From: Chara braunii
Taxonomy: Eukaryota; Plantae; Charophyceae
Length of the DNA stretch: 64,000 nucleotides
Direction of reading: 5' to 3'
Assembly (NCBI GenBank): GCA_003427395.1
Contig: BFEA01000005.1
Location: 7,182,825 to 7,246,824 of the forward strand
This document shows positions 12,276 to 26,155 of this stretch, piece after piece. Every line of letters begins with the position of its first letter. The first letter of the stretch is position 1. The notes under the pieces were generated by a model. That model was given only the letters and a program-made list of their open reading frames with translations. It was not told the DNA's origin and did not search any database. The translations under genes were made by a program, and so were the position numbers.

Positions 12276-13448
12276 GCATTGGAACCGAAGGATGCATTAC
12301 ATGCGCTTCGCGGATGATTTTCTAGTAACAATCTCTAGTCCACGATCAAAAGCAGTGAAACTGAGATCTGAATTTGAATCGTTCCTTCACCATCATTGAC
12401 TAAACAACCCTTCATCATATCCAAAGACAAAGAATCAAAGCTAGGAGTGGGTAACAAGGGGTTAGAGTCAAAGGCACACAAAATTTGCGTATGCAAATCA
12501 GGCAACGATCGAATTCTGGACAAACGTACCAAGTTCTTCGAATTACAAAACCACGACGGGAACAAAGACGGCACCTCATTAATTCGACATGACACATAAT
12601 CTTTGAGTCGTGGGAGAGACTCGTGCGCGGTTGCACACGAGCAAACAGGCACGCTAGACTTTGCAAAGAGCCGAAAATTCTGAATCAAACATGCTTTTGT
12701 TTCGACACCACACGATACGTATGCGGCACACCAGCATCCCTTTCCAACTATGCTGAATATTCAAACCAGCCACAACTTTGGCACACAATCTCCACACATT
12801 CGATTTACAAATTCGATGGTCATAGACCAAACGTACTACCAACCGCTTCCTCAAATGCACGCCGAACCTTGACAAAAAATAATGAGACAACAAACATCTC
12901 AATCGGAACCTTGTCCTCTTTTCGCTGAAAGTACACCGTATAGGCAGCGATCAGAACATCGAAGTCCCACAATTTTAACTCCCCACGTATAGAAGGATTA
13001 CTTGAGAAGGAAGCTAGCGGGCCTTTTAGAGCGAAGGATCGACTTAAGAAGGGAACAATAGGATCAACCACACACATAACACCTCCTTTCAACCAGCCCC
13101 GAGCATACCTCAGTTCTTTTTTTCCAAAGCAACAATCTACCAAACTCCCTCCATAAAGTGTCTTCAATACCTTCCACTGATCCACCAACCGTTTGCCACC
13201 ACCACAACTCACCATTACATGATGCACCCCTTTGTTTTTACACTTCTCAAGAATCTTCAACAAACTAACTGAGACCGTACCATCCGGCGTGTGAAACAGA
13301 CACAAGGACCCACGATTAACGTCAGTATTCGAGCAATCCACAACTCCATCATCGTGCACTCTTTCTCAAGCCCACTCGACGTTTCCGCGAACGCTTAGAC
13401 TTATCTCAAATGTTAAGTGCTGGCGTCATCAGCTGAATAAAAAACTTC

Positions 13449-13772
13449 TTAGTATCCAACAAGTCCTCGGTCGAACAGCGACAAAAGCGGAATGACGTCA
13501 TGAGTGTGAGCACCACACCTACGCAGCCATTGATATAGTTTCTCGTTTCTTAGTCTTCCTTCTATTACCTTCTTCTGACAAGCCTGATAAACATGCTCCC
13601 TCCAAGGGGAGTGCATATCTCGTTGGGTGCTACCAATATAGGCATGGCAAGCCCACGGAGACACCAAAGCATACACAACCGGACCCTTCCATTCATCAAA
13701 AACACCGCCATCATCAGAGGAGAAACCAATTCGAAGAAAGAATTCACTTAACTTATCACGCCATGGAATCAC
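13449..13772 (-). pseudogene. PLE GIY-YIG endonuclease domain
   Basis: PVVYALVSPWACHAYIGSTQRDMHSPWREH motif. Confidence 0.85.
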
Positions 13773-14020
13773 ATTGAAAAGAGTTGGGCAACAGATAAGT
13801 TAGAAGAAGATTCACCTCTCTACAACATTACCATTCCTCGTAAATCGCACGAATTCTACAACATATCCTTACCACTTGCCGCATAAAAGTCGCGTCTGGG
13901 CATGACCCTAAGAAGTAGCGGAGTCACGCCCGTTGCTCTTTTATGAGGTATCCTCCCCTTCATCAGTCACTTCCACAACCGAGTCATTCTTAACTTGATC
14001 TTACCCCCATCATCTTCATC

Positions 14021-15396
14021 CTACTCTGCTATGTCGGTCGGCGGCTGCGCAATTACCTCCTTTGTCGGATCCAACTTAGTATATTCGATTCCCTCCTTCT
14101 CACAGATAGAGATAACATCCTTTTTCCTCAGGTTCTGAAGTTGTTTACGTGCCTCCCGGACAAACACATCCCTCTGGCTGGCTTGCCCAGTTGGAGAGGC
14201 TGGCCTCTTATCCTTGTCCTTCCCGGAAGACGGTCCTGCCACGTCATCCAAGTTCGCCTTCAAGGGGGTTCCCTTCGATCGCTTCCTCGTCCCTAGTCCC
14301 ACCATGGCTTCCTTTAATCGCTCAACCTCATCCTCCGATTCTTTCTGAGCATCGACTTCCGGTAAACACATTTCCTTCAGTAGATCAACCTCACGTTGAT
14401 GCTTCTCCACTAGTCCTTTCAGCTGCAAGTTCACTCTTTTCGTAGCGCTGGGTGAAGCAGCCAGAGTAACCTTAGGCCGAACGCGTGCTTCACTGGTCGG
14501 CGTATACCCGATTGTGACACTACTTCGTTTGTTACCAGGGCGTAAGGCCTCATTCCTCCAAACCTCCGCGTTAGATTCAGCTACTTCACACAGCTTCTTC
14601 AGAGTGAAAATTACTTCCCCCAATGTTGCCAGCCGCTTATCAGTAGACGCCTTGGTCTCTGCTTGCTCACGCCTAAGACGAGCCAATTCCTCCGCTTCAC
14701 TGGCAGACCTGGTCATCGTAGCAGATGTACTAGTTCCGTCGCTTCCTTGCTTCACTGTTCCACCTGTGCCCGCAGCCTTAGAAACTCGTCAATTTCACCA
14801 GTCTTGCCCACATTACACTGTCGGCTCATAGACTCCACTAGTGCCTTCAACTTCTTGATCTCATCCGACTCCCCCGTCTTCTTTCCACTCAGAGCTTCAC
14901 ATACTTTATCAAGTTTAGTCGACATCTCCTTATGCATCTATTTCTGGAATTCTTCACGTTCCTGTTTCTCTTTTTGTCGATGCTCCTCGTCTTCCTTCTC
15001 ACACTTCTTTCTCTCCTCGTCTTTGTGTTGCTCCCGTACTCTCGCCTCGTCGGCGTCATGCTTACTATTGATCTTCCTGACAATCTTAGAGTTTTCTAAT
15101 GAGCTAACCCTTCTCCCCAACCCACTACTGCCTCCCCCTCTATTATACTGCCCAGATTAGTACAGAACAACAGTTCCTACATTTGACGTAGACGACATAG
15201 TCAACAAGGGTTGTGCAGACACAATAGCATTAGATGGTTGCACCCCATTCAATCTACGATCCGGAAGAGGACAGAACCTGGAAATATGGCCAGGCTTACC
15301 ACAATTGTAATAGTAGCGACCTCCCGTCACATTAGGAATACTGTTTGACGCCATCACTTGGAAGTCGAAGCCACTCGTCGGTAGTATCACTCCCAC
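14021..15396 (-). pseudogene. PLE upstream ORF: CCHC zinc knuckle plus coiled coil (gag-like), fragmented
   Basis: YYNCGKPGHISRFC (first Cys mutated), E/K/R-rich coiled segments, possible SAP-like end LQNLRKKDVISICEKEGIEY. Confidence 0.6.
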
Positions 15397-15424
15397 CTCG
15401 GTTACTCCGTGAACAAAAGTACGC

Positions 15425-16018
15425 CGCGCTTATATAGCAAGGACACAATAATGATGGTCGTAATCTTTCTCCTCAAATACACAACAAAACCGAAGAAAAG
15501 GGTATCAGAAGAGGAGGACGGCGACAACGACGAAGAAGACGAAGAAGAAGAAGAAAAAGAGAAGAAGAAGAAGAAGAAGAAGAAGAAGAGGAAGAGGAAA
15601 AATAAGGCAAGAAGCACACCATAGAAGTAGACAGGTGTCCCGAACGCGACTGAGTTACGAAAAAATAATCATGAAGCACTCTTGTCAGAAACAAAAAGCT
15701 TCGGATCGGCGTTACGACCTGATCGGTTTCGCCTGGCCGCCTACGAGAACTCTTCAGGGATCTAAAGTCACTTGATGGACACTAGCCTAGGAAGACTTTA
15801 TACTGAATCAGCCTTAAATCCCAACCACAGCTCGAATCCCTCACAAAAAAACACTATACAAAAACAACAGAAACTACCGATCAACAAACCATCAGTCAAC
15901 CGGTACCGCATTCAAATCCTCGATCACCAACTTTTCAAATCATACCAACCTTAAGGGAACAGTCAACTCAAACACTCAGAAAAACGAGACACACACATCA
16001 AAGGAAACCCCCTAAACA
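15425..16018 (-). repeat. PLE 5' pseudo-LTR
   Basis: Direct repeat of 10193-10890. Confidence 0.85.
15716..15762 (-). ncRNA. Minimal type I hammerhead ribozyme in pLTR (stems mutated)
   Basis: Minus strand GATCC-CTGAAGA-GTTCTCGTAGGCGGCCAGGC-GAAACCGATC-AGGTC; intact CUGANGA and GAAA. Confidence 0.7.
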
Positions 16019-16379
16019 AGGGGCAGGCCCACAAGGACCTGTTGTGTGGAAAAAAAAAAAAAAAAAAAAAAAACAAAGGCAAGGGAACCAGCCCATAAGT
16101 AACATGATCAGTGAGTACAAAGTCGAGGCGGATCAGCTAGGACGAAAGTCGGGCAGCACTAGGACGTCAACTCATGACGCTTCGCAGCCAATGAAGAAGT
16201 GTGCTGCTGCGGTCTTGTGACGGGTCTGACGATTGAGCAAGTGAGAGTGAACGTCGGGCACTGTAGCCAACGGCGCTGGGCGCCATAACCGTAGCTGTAG
16301 TATGAGAGATCTACAGGGAGCAAGATATTCTGAGAGACGAGCGAGGACTCAAAGAGTGAGAGTAGCCTGGGGGGGAGAG

Positions 16380-16382
<3 letters not shown>

Positions 16383-16467
<85 letters not shown>

Positions 16468-16468
16468 N

Positions 16469-16555
<87 letters not shown>
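16383..16555. repeat. (GA)n microsatellite
   Basis: ~170-nt dinucleotide run. Confidence 0.98.
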
Positions 16556-16557
<2 letters not shown>

Positions 16558-16773
16558 GAGAGAAGAAGAAGAGAGAGAGATTTACCTGCATGTTGAGCTG
16601 GGCGGCGCTGGGCGGCCATAGACGCTGGCGACGAAGACAAGAACTGAGTTAATGTGTTGGCTATTGAGACTCTTATGGACTCGACATTTCCTGTGTGTTT
16701 CATGTGAGTGTGATGTGATGCAAGACTTGTGTCCGAGTGTTCCGTGCATGGTGGTTTCGTTCCAGTAGGCAGA

Positions 16774-18017
16774 TGCAATGACTTGCTGGTTTCAGTGGCC
16801 TGTAGCCTCTCTCGTCGAGGTTGTACCATAGGTAGGATAGATTCGTAATTTTGTTTGGCTGAGGGCTAACCGAGAGATCTACCTGTAGGAAAATTCTTGA
16901 GGGACATATCTGTAAAATTCGAGAAAATACAAGCCCGCGCAAACTAAAATTACCTACAGCTACCCTAATTGCGAATAGCAGGCCCGGGCTACCCCTAGGA
17001 CAGACAGGCCCTAACGGTCTATGCTGATAGACGGTCCTATAGCCTATAGCCTAGGAGGTAGAGGCGGAGAGGCCGAAATGGAAACGGTACCGGTAGGTCC
17101 AGTCAGTCTGTCGTGTCTAGGCTAGTGTAGGTTATAGATAAAAGGAGGACATCGGTTGAAGGCTTTTGGCAGTTGGTACCGTGTACATCGCTGCTACTGT
17201 ACAACACGTGAACTGGAAGTGGTGACAGTTTCTGCGTTGAGGAGGACAGTCATAGCTGGACCTTCGGAGTGTCTGCCACAGCTGGGACCGACGCTGTACT
17301 TTGACAACACGCGGGGCTGTTCAGAGGTCTAGGCTATTCGAAGTCTGTTGGAGGCGAGAGAAGTTGGTGCCCTGCTGGACCCTCCTCAAGAGTAGGGTGG
17401 CGCTGCAGCCATAGCTGCAACTTTCGTCCTCAGAGAGTATCTTTGTTAGGAGAGGTGGCGCTGCTGCAGACCTCCACCCGGGAAGTCATCTGGCACTTCA
17501 TCATCATCAGACACTGTGGCGCTAGTCTTCTTCTTCATCCTCTGAGTGGCGCTTTGCCTCAGAGGCCTGTTTCAGGGTGGCACTTCCCTCTGGAGGCAGT
17601 ATCTGGGTGGTGCTTGATGTTTCAGGAACTCAGGGGTAGTTTTAGAGGTTACTTAGGGTTGGAGGGTGAAGCGCTGCTCATTTCTGAGCAGCTCACCATG
17701 GTTCTGGGTTCTTCTGGCAGTTTGAGACTCTGAGTTTAATAAACAGTGTGTATACTATGTGTGGACTATCATTGCTTCATTCCTGGATGTGATCTACTTG
17801 AGTTTCCTTTGTGATTGGTTGTGAGGACTCTGTGGAGCGAAGTGCACTTTCAGTGTTCTCTGTCATATCGCATGGTCAAGTCTTCCACTGTGTTTATCTC
17901 TCTCTGTGCGGTGTGATACTCCCATCCTCTCCCCTTCCTTCTGTGTGTGTATGGGCACACTTGGAAGTGTATGTGTGAGTGTTGGTCATCTGACAACAAA
18001 CTACCAGGTTCATAACA
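16774..18017 (+). repeat. Element A 5' LTR
   Basis: TGCAATGAC...TTCATAACA; matches 24640-25903. Confidence 0.9.
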
Positions 18018-19837
18018 ATTGGTATTAAAGCGATTGGATCCAGGCACTGAAGTGATTGATGAGTTGGAGCAACCATCATCATCTGGTGAGATTTTGGAGT
18101 TGAAGTTCATGGCAATTTGTCATCTTCAGGGCTGGCGACAGTAAGGGTGGTGGTGGTGAGTGTGTGGCGAGAAGTATTGGATAGAGGGTGACACACTCCT
18201 GCTTAGGGTTGTGCAGGAGTGAGTGGAGATTGATGCTCAGAGGCCTTGGAGGCTCTGAGGAGGCTATTTTTAGACTTGCGATTCATCTGGAACTGGCGAT
18301 TGGTAGGGAAGTGACCTTAGGGTGTTGTGATTTTGGAATTGGGTCAGGATCCCCAATTTCCAAGCAGCGCAGCGCAGATTGGAGCAACGATGCACTGAGT
18401 ATCTCAGTTTTTGGCATCTGGGGGTCCAGATACACCGAGTCTGTCAGTTGGGGTTGAAGCGCCACAGGGGGGTCTGCAATATCACCAAGTTTCAAAGAGT
18501 TTGATACATGGGAACACTGGGAACAAACAGGAGATGAAACTAGCGAGATGGGTCTGAGCAGACAACCATAGGCCCAAAGTTATTCTTGAAGTAAGTGTGT
18601 TTCATACTCTACTCTGTATGGCTACCCTAGGGCTATTTTTAGAATAGCGAAATTTGGTCTATTAGGAAGTAGACAGTTGAAAATTGAAATTCAGACTGTG
18701 GGACAACCATATCCAACTTCCCCTACCTATCTTCTTCGACTTCTACTAACACTGTTTGACCCTCTTTCTGACTCAACTTCCATCTGTGACTGCTTTACAA
18801 TGTTGCGATTCATCCTGTACTGTGAAATGGATTGTTCAGGGCCCTGTTGCCAGTAATATTGGAAATTTGAATTCTGCACTGCCATAGCTGAAGCTTGGCT
18901 AGACTAGGGTCAGTCATAACTTTGGTTCTGTCCGTCCGAATTCAATTATGTCAGTCTTTGGTAAATCGCAATTCAGCATACAGTCAGTGTTTGAAATCGC
19001 ACAATCAGATTTTATGTTTCGAGTCAATTACAGGGTAATCTGTACTTGGGTATGACATACAGGGTCATCCAATGTTGACGTCAGTAGGGTTAGGTCTAAA
19101 AATAGGTTACCCAGTAAATCGCTTCATCGTGGTCAACAACAGATACCTTTTTATCCCTAATTCATCACTTTGTCTAATTGCTAATCACTACTAATCAGTC
19201 CAGGACTGCATCCTGCAATGAATTAATACAGGATTTGTAGTAATTGCATGCAATTGTTGTGTCAGGGCAGTGAATGGAGAATCGTGAAATTGATTTTTGC
19301 TGAGCTATCTCTAAACTGACCCTGACCCTCGAGCGGTCTGCAGAGACTGAGCACTCACTTGCTCATACTAACCAATTTCTCTCTCCAGTCAGGTGACAAG
19401 AATTGGGCGAGTATTGTAGAGAAAACCCAATTCCTGTTACTTCCATCTCTGTCTTCTGTTTAATTTTATTTTTATTTTATTCTCTGAATTGTGGGAAATT
19501 TCAAGATGTTTGGTGCAGAGAAGGGTGAAGCTTCGGAGGAGAAGCCTCAACTTCCTCTTGACCCTTTAGAGGCTGAACAACGTGCTGAGGAGGAAAAACT
19601 TTGCAAACAGGCAGAAACAGTTCAGACTCTAAAGGCAAAGCTGAAGCGTAAGATGGAAGCTGCGAAGAAGGAGACTAGGAGGCGGGAACTAGTAACAGAT
19701 GTGGATAAGATAAGGGTGAGTGGCAGCTCCGGTCAGTACAATAAGGATATAGTTGAGTTCGTCCTCTTGCAGGATGACATTCATTAGTCCTATTTTACTG
19801 GCTAGGATTTGTCAGGATCACCAGTCTGGAGGACAGC

Positions 19838-21009
19838 ATGGCAGAGCACACTCAACAGTTGAAAGACATCTCCTTCGAACTTGATCGTCTCTTTGTTCAT
19901 CTGCATATCCCACCTACCCTAATTGTTCCTCCATCTCCTGGGGCCCCTCCAGTGGGACCCCAACAAACCCCACAATCCGGACCTACATCCCCTCTCTCTA
20001 CACCCAAGTCAGCAGCACCTTCACATCCCTCGGGTCCATTTGATATGCAACGGCCCAAGCTGACCCCTCCGCCTATGTTCTCTGGCGAGGACCCAAACGT
20101 GGATGTTGCAGATTGGGTCACTGCACAGAGAACCTACCTTAGTGGGTTCAAATGTGATGGGGACGTGAAGGTGAGTGTCATCCTTGTTCGCCTAGAGAGG
20201 ACTGCACTGAAATGGTGCACCTCCGCCTCCAGCAAGCAAGGGATGGTGATGTCTGATTGGGCGCAGAGGCGGGGGTGGTTGGATCTGCAGGCACCGCAAG
20301 ACAGGTTTGCAGACAAGGAGCAGGCCAGGAAAGCTGCAGATAAAATCTTGCGCCTGGGCCAGAAGAAATTTGATGGCTCCTTGTCCAAACTTTATTCCTC
20401 CTTTGAGAGTTTGACATCGACTCCTTGGTTGGAGATAAGTGAGCAGGATTGCTAATTCATTTCCTCAGGGCAACGCCTGAGCAATTCCAGCTTGCTCTTT
20501 TCTCTCAGGGCCACAAGGACAGGCCGTCCTTTCGCAAAGCAGCCCTGGACTTGAAGTCCAAACTCCATGTCCAGGAAACACCTTCTGAAGGAAGGAAGGG
20601 ACCCCTATTTGCTGCAGCCTCAAGTTCAAATGATGATCCAGCATCCCAGGGTGGGACCCCTCCATCTAGAACTGCTTCCTCATCTGCTGCAGATCCAACT
20701 GTTCTTGCTCTGGCTGATGCTTTGATGGGCTTGACAAAGGGCAAAGCCCCGACCCAGAAAGCACCAACCAGTAGCAAGGGGAAAGGTAAGGGACATGCCT
20801 CTTCCCCTGGTGCCCAGAGAGTGCCTTTACCACGTGACGTCCGCTGGCCAACTGACCCCCTTGATCCTTCCACCTTCCCCTGGCATGCACTTAGGATCCA
20901 GGAGGGAGTTTGGAGGAAGGACAGGGGTGTCTGCCTGAGGTGCGAGGGGGACCACTTTTTAAAGGACTGTCCCAGTATGCCTCGCAGGTCCACAGACGGC
21001 TCTAGTTAA
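19838..21009 (+). pseudogene. Element A gag (frameshifted)
   Basis: PPMFSGED..DW capsid-like motif; knuckle CLRCEGDHFLKDC. Confidence 0.85.
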
Positions 21010-21137
21010 AAAAACTAGAGCAGAGAGCACCAATGTTGATTCACCTTCCGATGAAGATGAATCTTCACATTCTCTCACTGGTTCTTTCTCTGGAGTTGCA
21101 TCTTCAGGGTCCTTCGCTTTTAAGGACACTGAACTAG

Positions 21138-24100
21138 ATGAGACGTGGGAGGAGGATGAATCCCAGGGCCTTGCTGATCTCTTCCTGTCCTTGCAGGAAA
21201 GAAAGAAGCACAGGTCATACCTCATTCTACTTCGACCCTCTACCCTGGGAGCCAAGTTCAAAGGGCTCTTACACTATGGGGCTACTCGTAACTTTGTCTC
21301 CCAAGACGGTCAACAGGCTGCACTTGGGCCAGAGGCAGGTGAAGTTGCGACAACCTATTGAGGTTCGCATTGGCGACTCATCTACAGTCAGGATCACTAC
21401 TCCTGTCAAGGGTCTTCCTGTAATCTTTGACAAGCAGAAAGAAATCAGGCATCGCCTGAATTTTTATGTGTTCCCTAATGTTCCCTTTGACCTTGTGTTT
21501 TCTCTGCAGTGGCTTAGTGCCACCAACCCCAGGATCGACTGGCAGATCCCTAGGGTTGAGCTACCTGAACGACATGGGGTTTATCGCCCTTGCATGCTCG
21601 TTGATGAGTACCATCCGACCAGTAGCTGCTATTGTATGTGTGCTCACAATTTCATGCAACTTTCACGCCAGACTGACCACACCTGTCTGTTTGTGGCTTA
21701 TGTCAAACAGACTGATGTGGAGACTGCTTTCTGTCCCTCTCAAATTCAGCATGTGGTTGACCGGTTCTCATACCTTATGCAGGAGCCTACTGGACTTGTC
21801 CACAGACAAACCAAGCATAAGATTGAGCTCCTACCTGACTCAGTCCCTCCCAAGGGTCGGGTCTACAGGATGTCCCTTGCTGAACTTGACGAGCTCATAA
21901 AAAAGTTAGAGACCCTGACCGACATGGGCTGGATCCGGCCCAACACATCTGAATTTGAAGCACCAGTTCTCTTTGTTCCAAAGCGTAATGGTGAGTTCAG
22001 AATCTGTGTGGACTACAAGGTCTCAACAAGATCACGAGGAAGTCTACAGAGCCTCTTCCTCGGATCGATGATCTGTTGGACATGGTGTAGGGCTGCACTA
22101 TTTTCAGCAAGGTCGACCTCAAATATGGTTATCACCAGATTGAGATGGCTGAAGGCGATGTCCACAAGACAACCTTCAAGACCAGGTATGGTACTTATGA
22201 GTACCTGGTCATTCCATTCGGTCTTTGCAATGCCCCTGGCACATTCCATACAGAGATGCATTGCATACTCAGGCCTTACCTGGACAAGGTCGTAGTTGTC
22301 TACTTGGATGATATCCAGGTATTCAGTTGTTCTGTCGAGGAGCATGTGCAGCATCGGGCTCTGGTCCTCCAGGCTCTACAGGACAACCAATATAAGATCA
22401 ACAGAGAGAAGTCCTCTTTTGGAGTGAACTTTGTTGTCTATCGTGGTCATGTCATATTTGGAGAGGGGTGGGCTCCTGAGGCAACTAAAGTTGCTGCTGT
22501 TCAGGACTGGCCGAAGCCTGTGAACATTCGAGATGTTCGGTTTTTCGTGGGTCTTGCATCATACTACAAGAATGAACTTCTCGTCTATTGCACCACCCCT
22601 GACTGACCTCACAAAGAAAGACACTTCCTTTTTCTGGACATCAGAATGTCAGGAGGCTTTTACACGTTTCAAGGAGGCCTTGATTCGTGCCCCTGTTCTG
22701 AAGTTACTTGACCCTACCTTGTCTTTTGTGCTCACCATTGATGCTAGTCAGTATGGTATAGGGGCGGTACTTCAGCAAGATGATGGGAATGGTCTGCAGC
22801 CTGTTGAGTATATGAGCAAGAAGATAAAAACTAAGAAGCTGCAACACTCTACTTATGAGAAAGAGTTGTATGTTGTTGTGTCAACGCTCAAGCATTGGAA
22901 GCACTTCCTCCTGGGCAGGCACTTCAAGATCTTCTCAGATCACTCCACCCTTCAGTGGATGAAGTTCCAAGGAGAATTGAATGACAAGCTTGCTCGTTAT
23001 ATTCAGTTCATTGACTTGTTTGACTTTGAACTGAAGCACAAAAAGGATTGCTACAATTGTGTGGTAGACGACCCGAGGTTTTTTTCCTGATCTCCTTCAC
23101 TCACTCTTTTAGAGAGAAGACTCGTCAGAATGTTGCCCAACTACTGCCTGAGGACCCGATTTTTGGGCCCATTGTGAGGAACCTTCAGGATGATCCTGCC
23201 TCTGAACGAGGTTATACACTGGTTTCAAGACTGCAGTATACGTGCAGCAGAGAAGAGGAACGCCTGTGCATTCCTCTGGATCGCAAGCTGAGAACACTCT
23301 TCATGTGAGAGTGTCATGATGCTCGTGGTCATTTTGGTGCCCTCAAATCGTATGCGGCCTTGTCGTAGCGTTTCTTCTGGAAGGAGATGAGGAGTGATAT
23401 GCTGCATTATGTGGAAACCTGTGAGTTATGCCAAAGGAATAAGATAGTGCGTAGACCTCCCCTTGGCTTACCCAAACCACTACCTATTCTGGAGGCACCT
23501 GCACAATCAGTGTTTATTGATTTCATTGATCTGGGTAGGACCACTCCCCGTGGTATGCGTCAGGTTATGCTATGTGTGGGTTGGTTCTCCAAATATGCAG
23601 AGTTCATCCCCTTACCAGCTGAGGCTCGTATGCCTGCTGTTTAGGCAACTTTTGTTGACAGGTGGGTTACACATCATGGGCCACCCACCTCTAAAGTTAG
23701 TGATTGAAATCCCAAAGTTTGCAGCAATGAATGACAATCCTATTGTAGGGATTACCTTCATTCTCGCTTGGACATGACATCTGGACGTCATCCTGAAGCC
23801 AATGGTCAGTGATGAACCAGATTCTTTTCTAGCTGATGCGTCCTGTGATCAGTCCAGACCAGAAGGACTGGGTTCTTCATTTGAGTCGTGCACAGCTTGT
23901 GCATAACACTTTTGTACACTCCTCTACACGCTTTACACCCTACCGGTTGCACTGGGGTCGTGAGCCTCGACAGCCTCTTGATGATATCATCGACAAGGCT
24001 ACCCCTACGTTGATGCCAGGAACTGCAGAGTTCACCAGATGTTACCGTGTGGACATTGAGCGCACCCGTGCCAACCTGCTCAAAGACCAAAAGGCTATGA

Positions 24101-24564
24101 TTCAACAGACTAACAGGCACAGGCGTCCCTCTATTATTCACACAGGTGACGGGGTGTGGGTACTCGGTTCTGAGCTCTCACTTGAGGAGGACATCTCACC
24201 CAGGTTGTTGCCACGATACATGGGTCCATGGCAAGTTTTAGATACAGTGGGAGCTGATCCCTTTGGACCATCCTATGCTGTGGATGTCCTTCTGCATCTA
24301 CAAACCTACCCTGTCTTTCATGCATCTAAGTTGTTGTCGTTCACATCAGCTGATGCCTTTCCAAACAGACCCCCTCAATTTGATCTCCCGATCCCTGGCA
24401 AGGGATATGAGGTGGAATCAATTGAGGATGAGATAGGTACAAGCCCAAACAAACAGTACCTTGTGAAATTTTGCTACCAGCTGCATACTGAAGACTGTTG
24501 GTTTACTCGCAAGGAACTTCTTAAAACCACTAAGTTTGTTGTCCTCAAATATGAGGCAGCTTAG
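21138..24564 (+). pseudogene. Element A pol: protease, RT, RNase H, integrase, chromodomain (stops/frameshifts)
   Basis: PFGLCNAP, YLDD, IDASQYGIGAVL, CELCQ, YMGPWQV, YEVESI..YLVKF. Confidence 0.92.
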
Positions 24565-24639
24565 AAGGGTCAACCCCTTCGCCGCTCTGCACGCCTACGC
24601 CCCTAGCTCGGAGGTCCTCGCTCTGGGGGAGGGTAGGTC

Positions 24640-25903
24640 TACAATGACTTGGTGGTTCCAGTGGCTTATAGTCTCTCTCGTCGAGGCTGTACCATAGGTA
24701 GGATAGATTCGTAATTTTGTTTGGCTGTGGGCTAATCGAGAGACCTACCTGTAGGAAAATTCTTGAGGGATATATCTGTAAACTTCGGGAAAATACAAGC
24801 CCGCGCTAACTAAAATTACCTACAGCTACCCTAACTGCGAATAGCAAGCCCGAGCTACCCCTAGGACAGACAGGCCCTAACGGCCTATGCTGATAGACGG
24901 TCCTATAGCCTATAGTCGGGAAGGTAGAGGTCAAGAGGCCGAAATGGAAATGGTACCGGTTGGTCCAATCAGTCCGGTCCAGGTCGTGTCCAGGCTAGTG
25001 TAGGTTATACATAGGAGGACATCGGTTCAGGGATTTTGGCAGTTGGTATCGTGTACATTGTTGTTGCTGTACAATGCGTGAACTGGAAGTGGTGACAATT
25101 TTCGCGTTGAGGAGGACAGTCATAGCTGGACCTTCGGAGTGTCGGCCATAGCTGGGACCGGCGCTGTACTCTGATAGCACGTGGGGCTGTTTTGAAGTCT
25201 AGGCTATTCGAAGTCTGCTGGAGGCGAGAGAAGTTGGTGCCCTGCTGGACCCTCCTCAGGAGTAGGGTTTCAGTGTGTTGGCGCTGCAGCCATAGCTGCA
25301 GATTTCTTCCTCAGAGAGTATCTTTGTTAGGAGAGGTGGCGCTGCTGCAGACTTCCACCCGGGAAGTCATTTGGCACTTCATCATCATCAGACACTGTGG
25401 CACTGATCTTCTTCTTCATCCTTTGAGAGGCGCTTGGCCTCAGAGGCCTGTTTCAGGGTGGCGCTTTCCTATGGAGGCAGTATCTGGGTGGTGCTTGATG
25501 TTTCAAGCACTCAGGGGTAGTTTTAGCGGTTACTTAGGGTTGGAGGGTGAAGCGCTGCTCATTTCTGAGCAGCGCACCATGGTTTTGGGGTTCTTCTGGC
25601 ATTTTGGGACTCGAATTTAATAAACAGTGTGTATACTATGTGTGGACTATCATTGCTTCATTGTTTCCTGGATGTGATCTACTTGGCTTTCCTTTGTGAC
25701 TGGTTGTGAGGACCCTGTGGAGCGAAGTGCACTTTTAGTGTTCTCTGTCAGATCGCATGGTCAAGTCTTCCACTGTGTTTCTCTCTCCCTGTGTTGTGTG
25801 ATACTCCCATCCTCTCCCCTTCCTTCTGTGTATGTATGGGGATACCTGGAAGTCTATGTGTGCGAGTGTTGTCATCTGACAACAAACAACCACGTTCATA
25901 ACA
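24640..25903 (+). repeat. Element A 3' LTR
   Basis: TACAATGAC...TTCATAACA after purine tract GGGGGAGGGTAGG. Confidence 0.9.
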
Positions 25904-25965
25904 CAGAAAGCAAGTGGAAACAAGAAGGGGACCAAAACCCTGGACCAATTTATATCTATATATGT

Positions 25966-26155
25966 CAGTTTGTCACAACCCCTCATTTGTTGCCCTCTTC
26001 TCACTCTCTGCCCACGGTTTACAAGGCGGTTCTGTTTGATGATATATGAGTCGGTGAAACTCCGATGAAAACAGTTTGTCACAGCCCCTTGTTTATTGTC
26101 CTCTTCTCCCTCTCTGCCTATGGTTTGCCGAACAGCTCAGTTTGACAATATATAA
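25966..26155 (+). repeat. Two tandem 5'-truncated hammerhead-repeat copies within (AT)n
   Basis: 25966-26045 starts at CAGTTTGTCAC; 26046-26155 starts at ATGAGTCGGTGAAACTCCGATGAAAAC; both end TTTGA..ATAT. Confidence 0.85.

Larger units (their letters stand above)
10193..16018 (-). mobile_element. Penelope-like retroelement with GIY-YIG N-terminal to RT (Chlamys/Naiad-type domain order), decayed
   Basis: Direct repeats (pLTRs) 10193-10890 and 15425-16018; minus-strand ORF remnants: zinc knuckle/coiled coil, GIY-YIG (VYALVSPWACHAYIGSTQR), RT (YCSPKHKD..WRPI, GIPMGKSSS, LVDD). Confidence 0.85.
16774..25903 (+). mobile_element. Full-length decayed Ty3/gypsy chromovirus (element A)
   Basis: LTRs 16774-18017 and 24640-25903, PBS TGGTATTAAAGC at 18020 (tRNA-iMet-like), purine tract before 3' LTR, CAGA on both flanks, gag-PR-RT-RH-IN-chromodomain remnants. 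Confidence 0.92.

Noticed and set aside
16302-16829. ER/SL-repeat ORFs
   Set aside because: Translations of the (GA)n microsatellite
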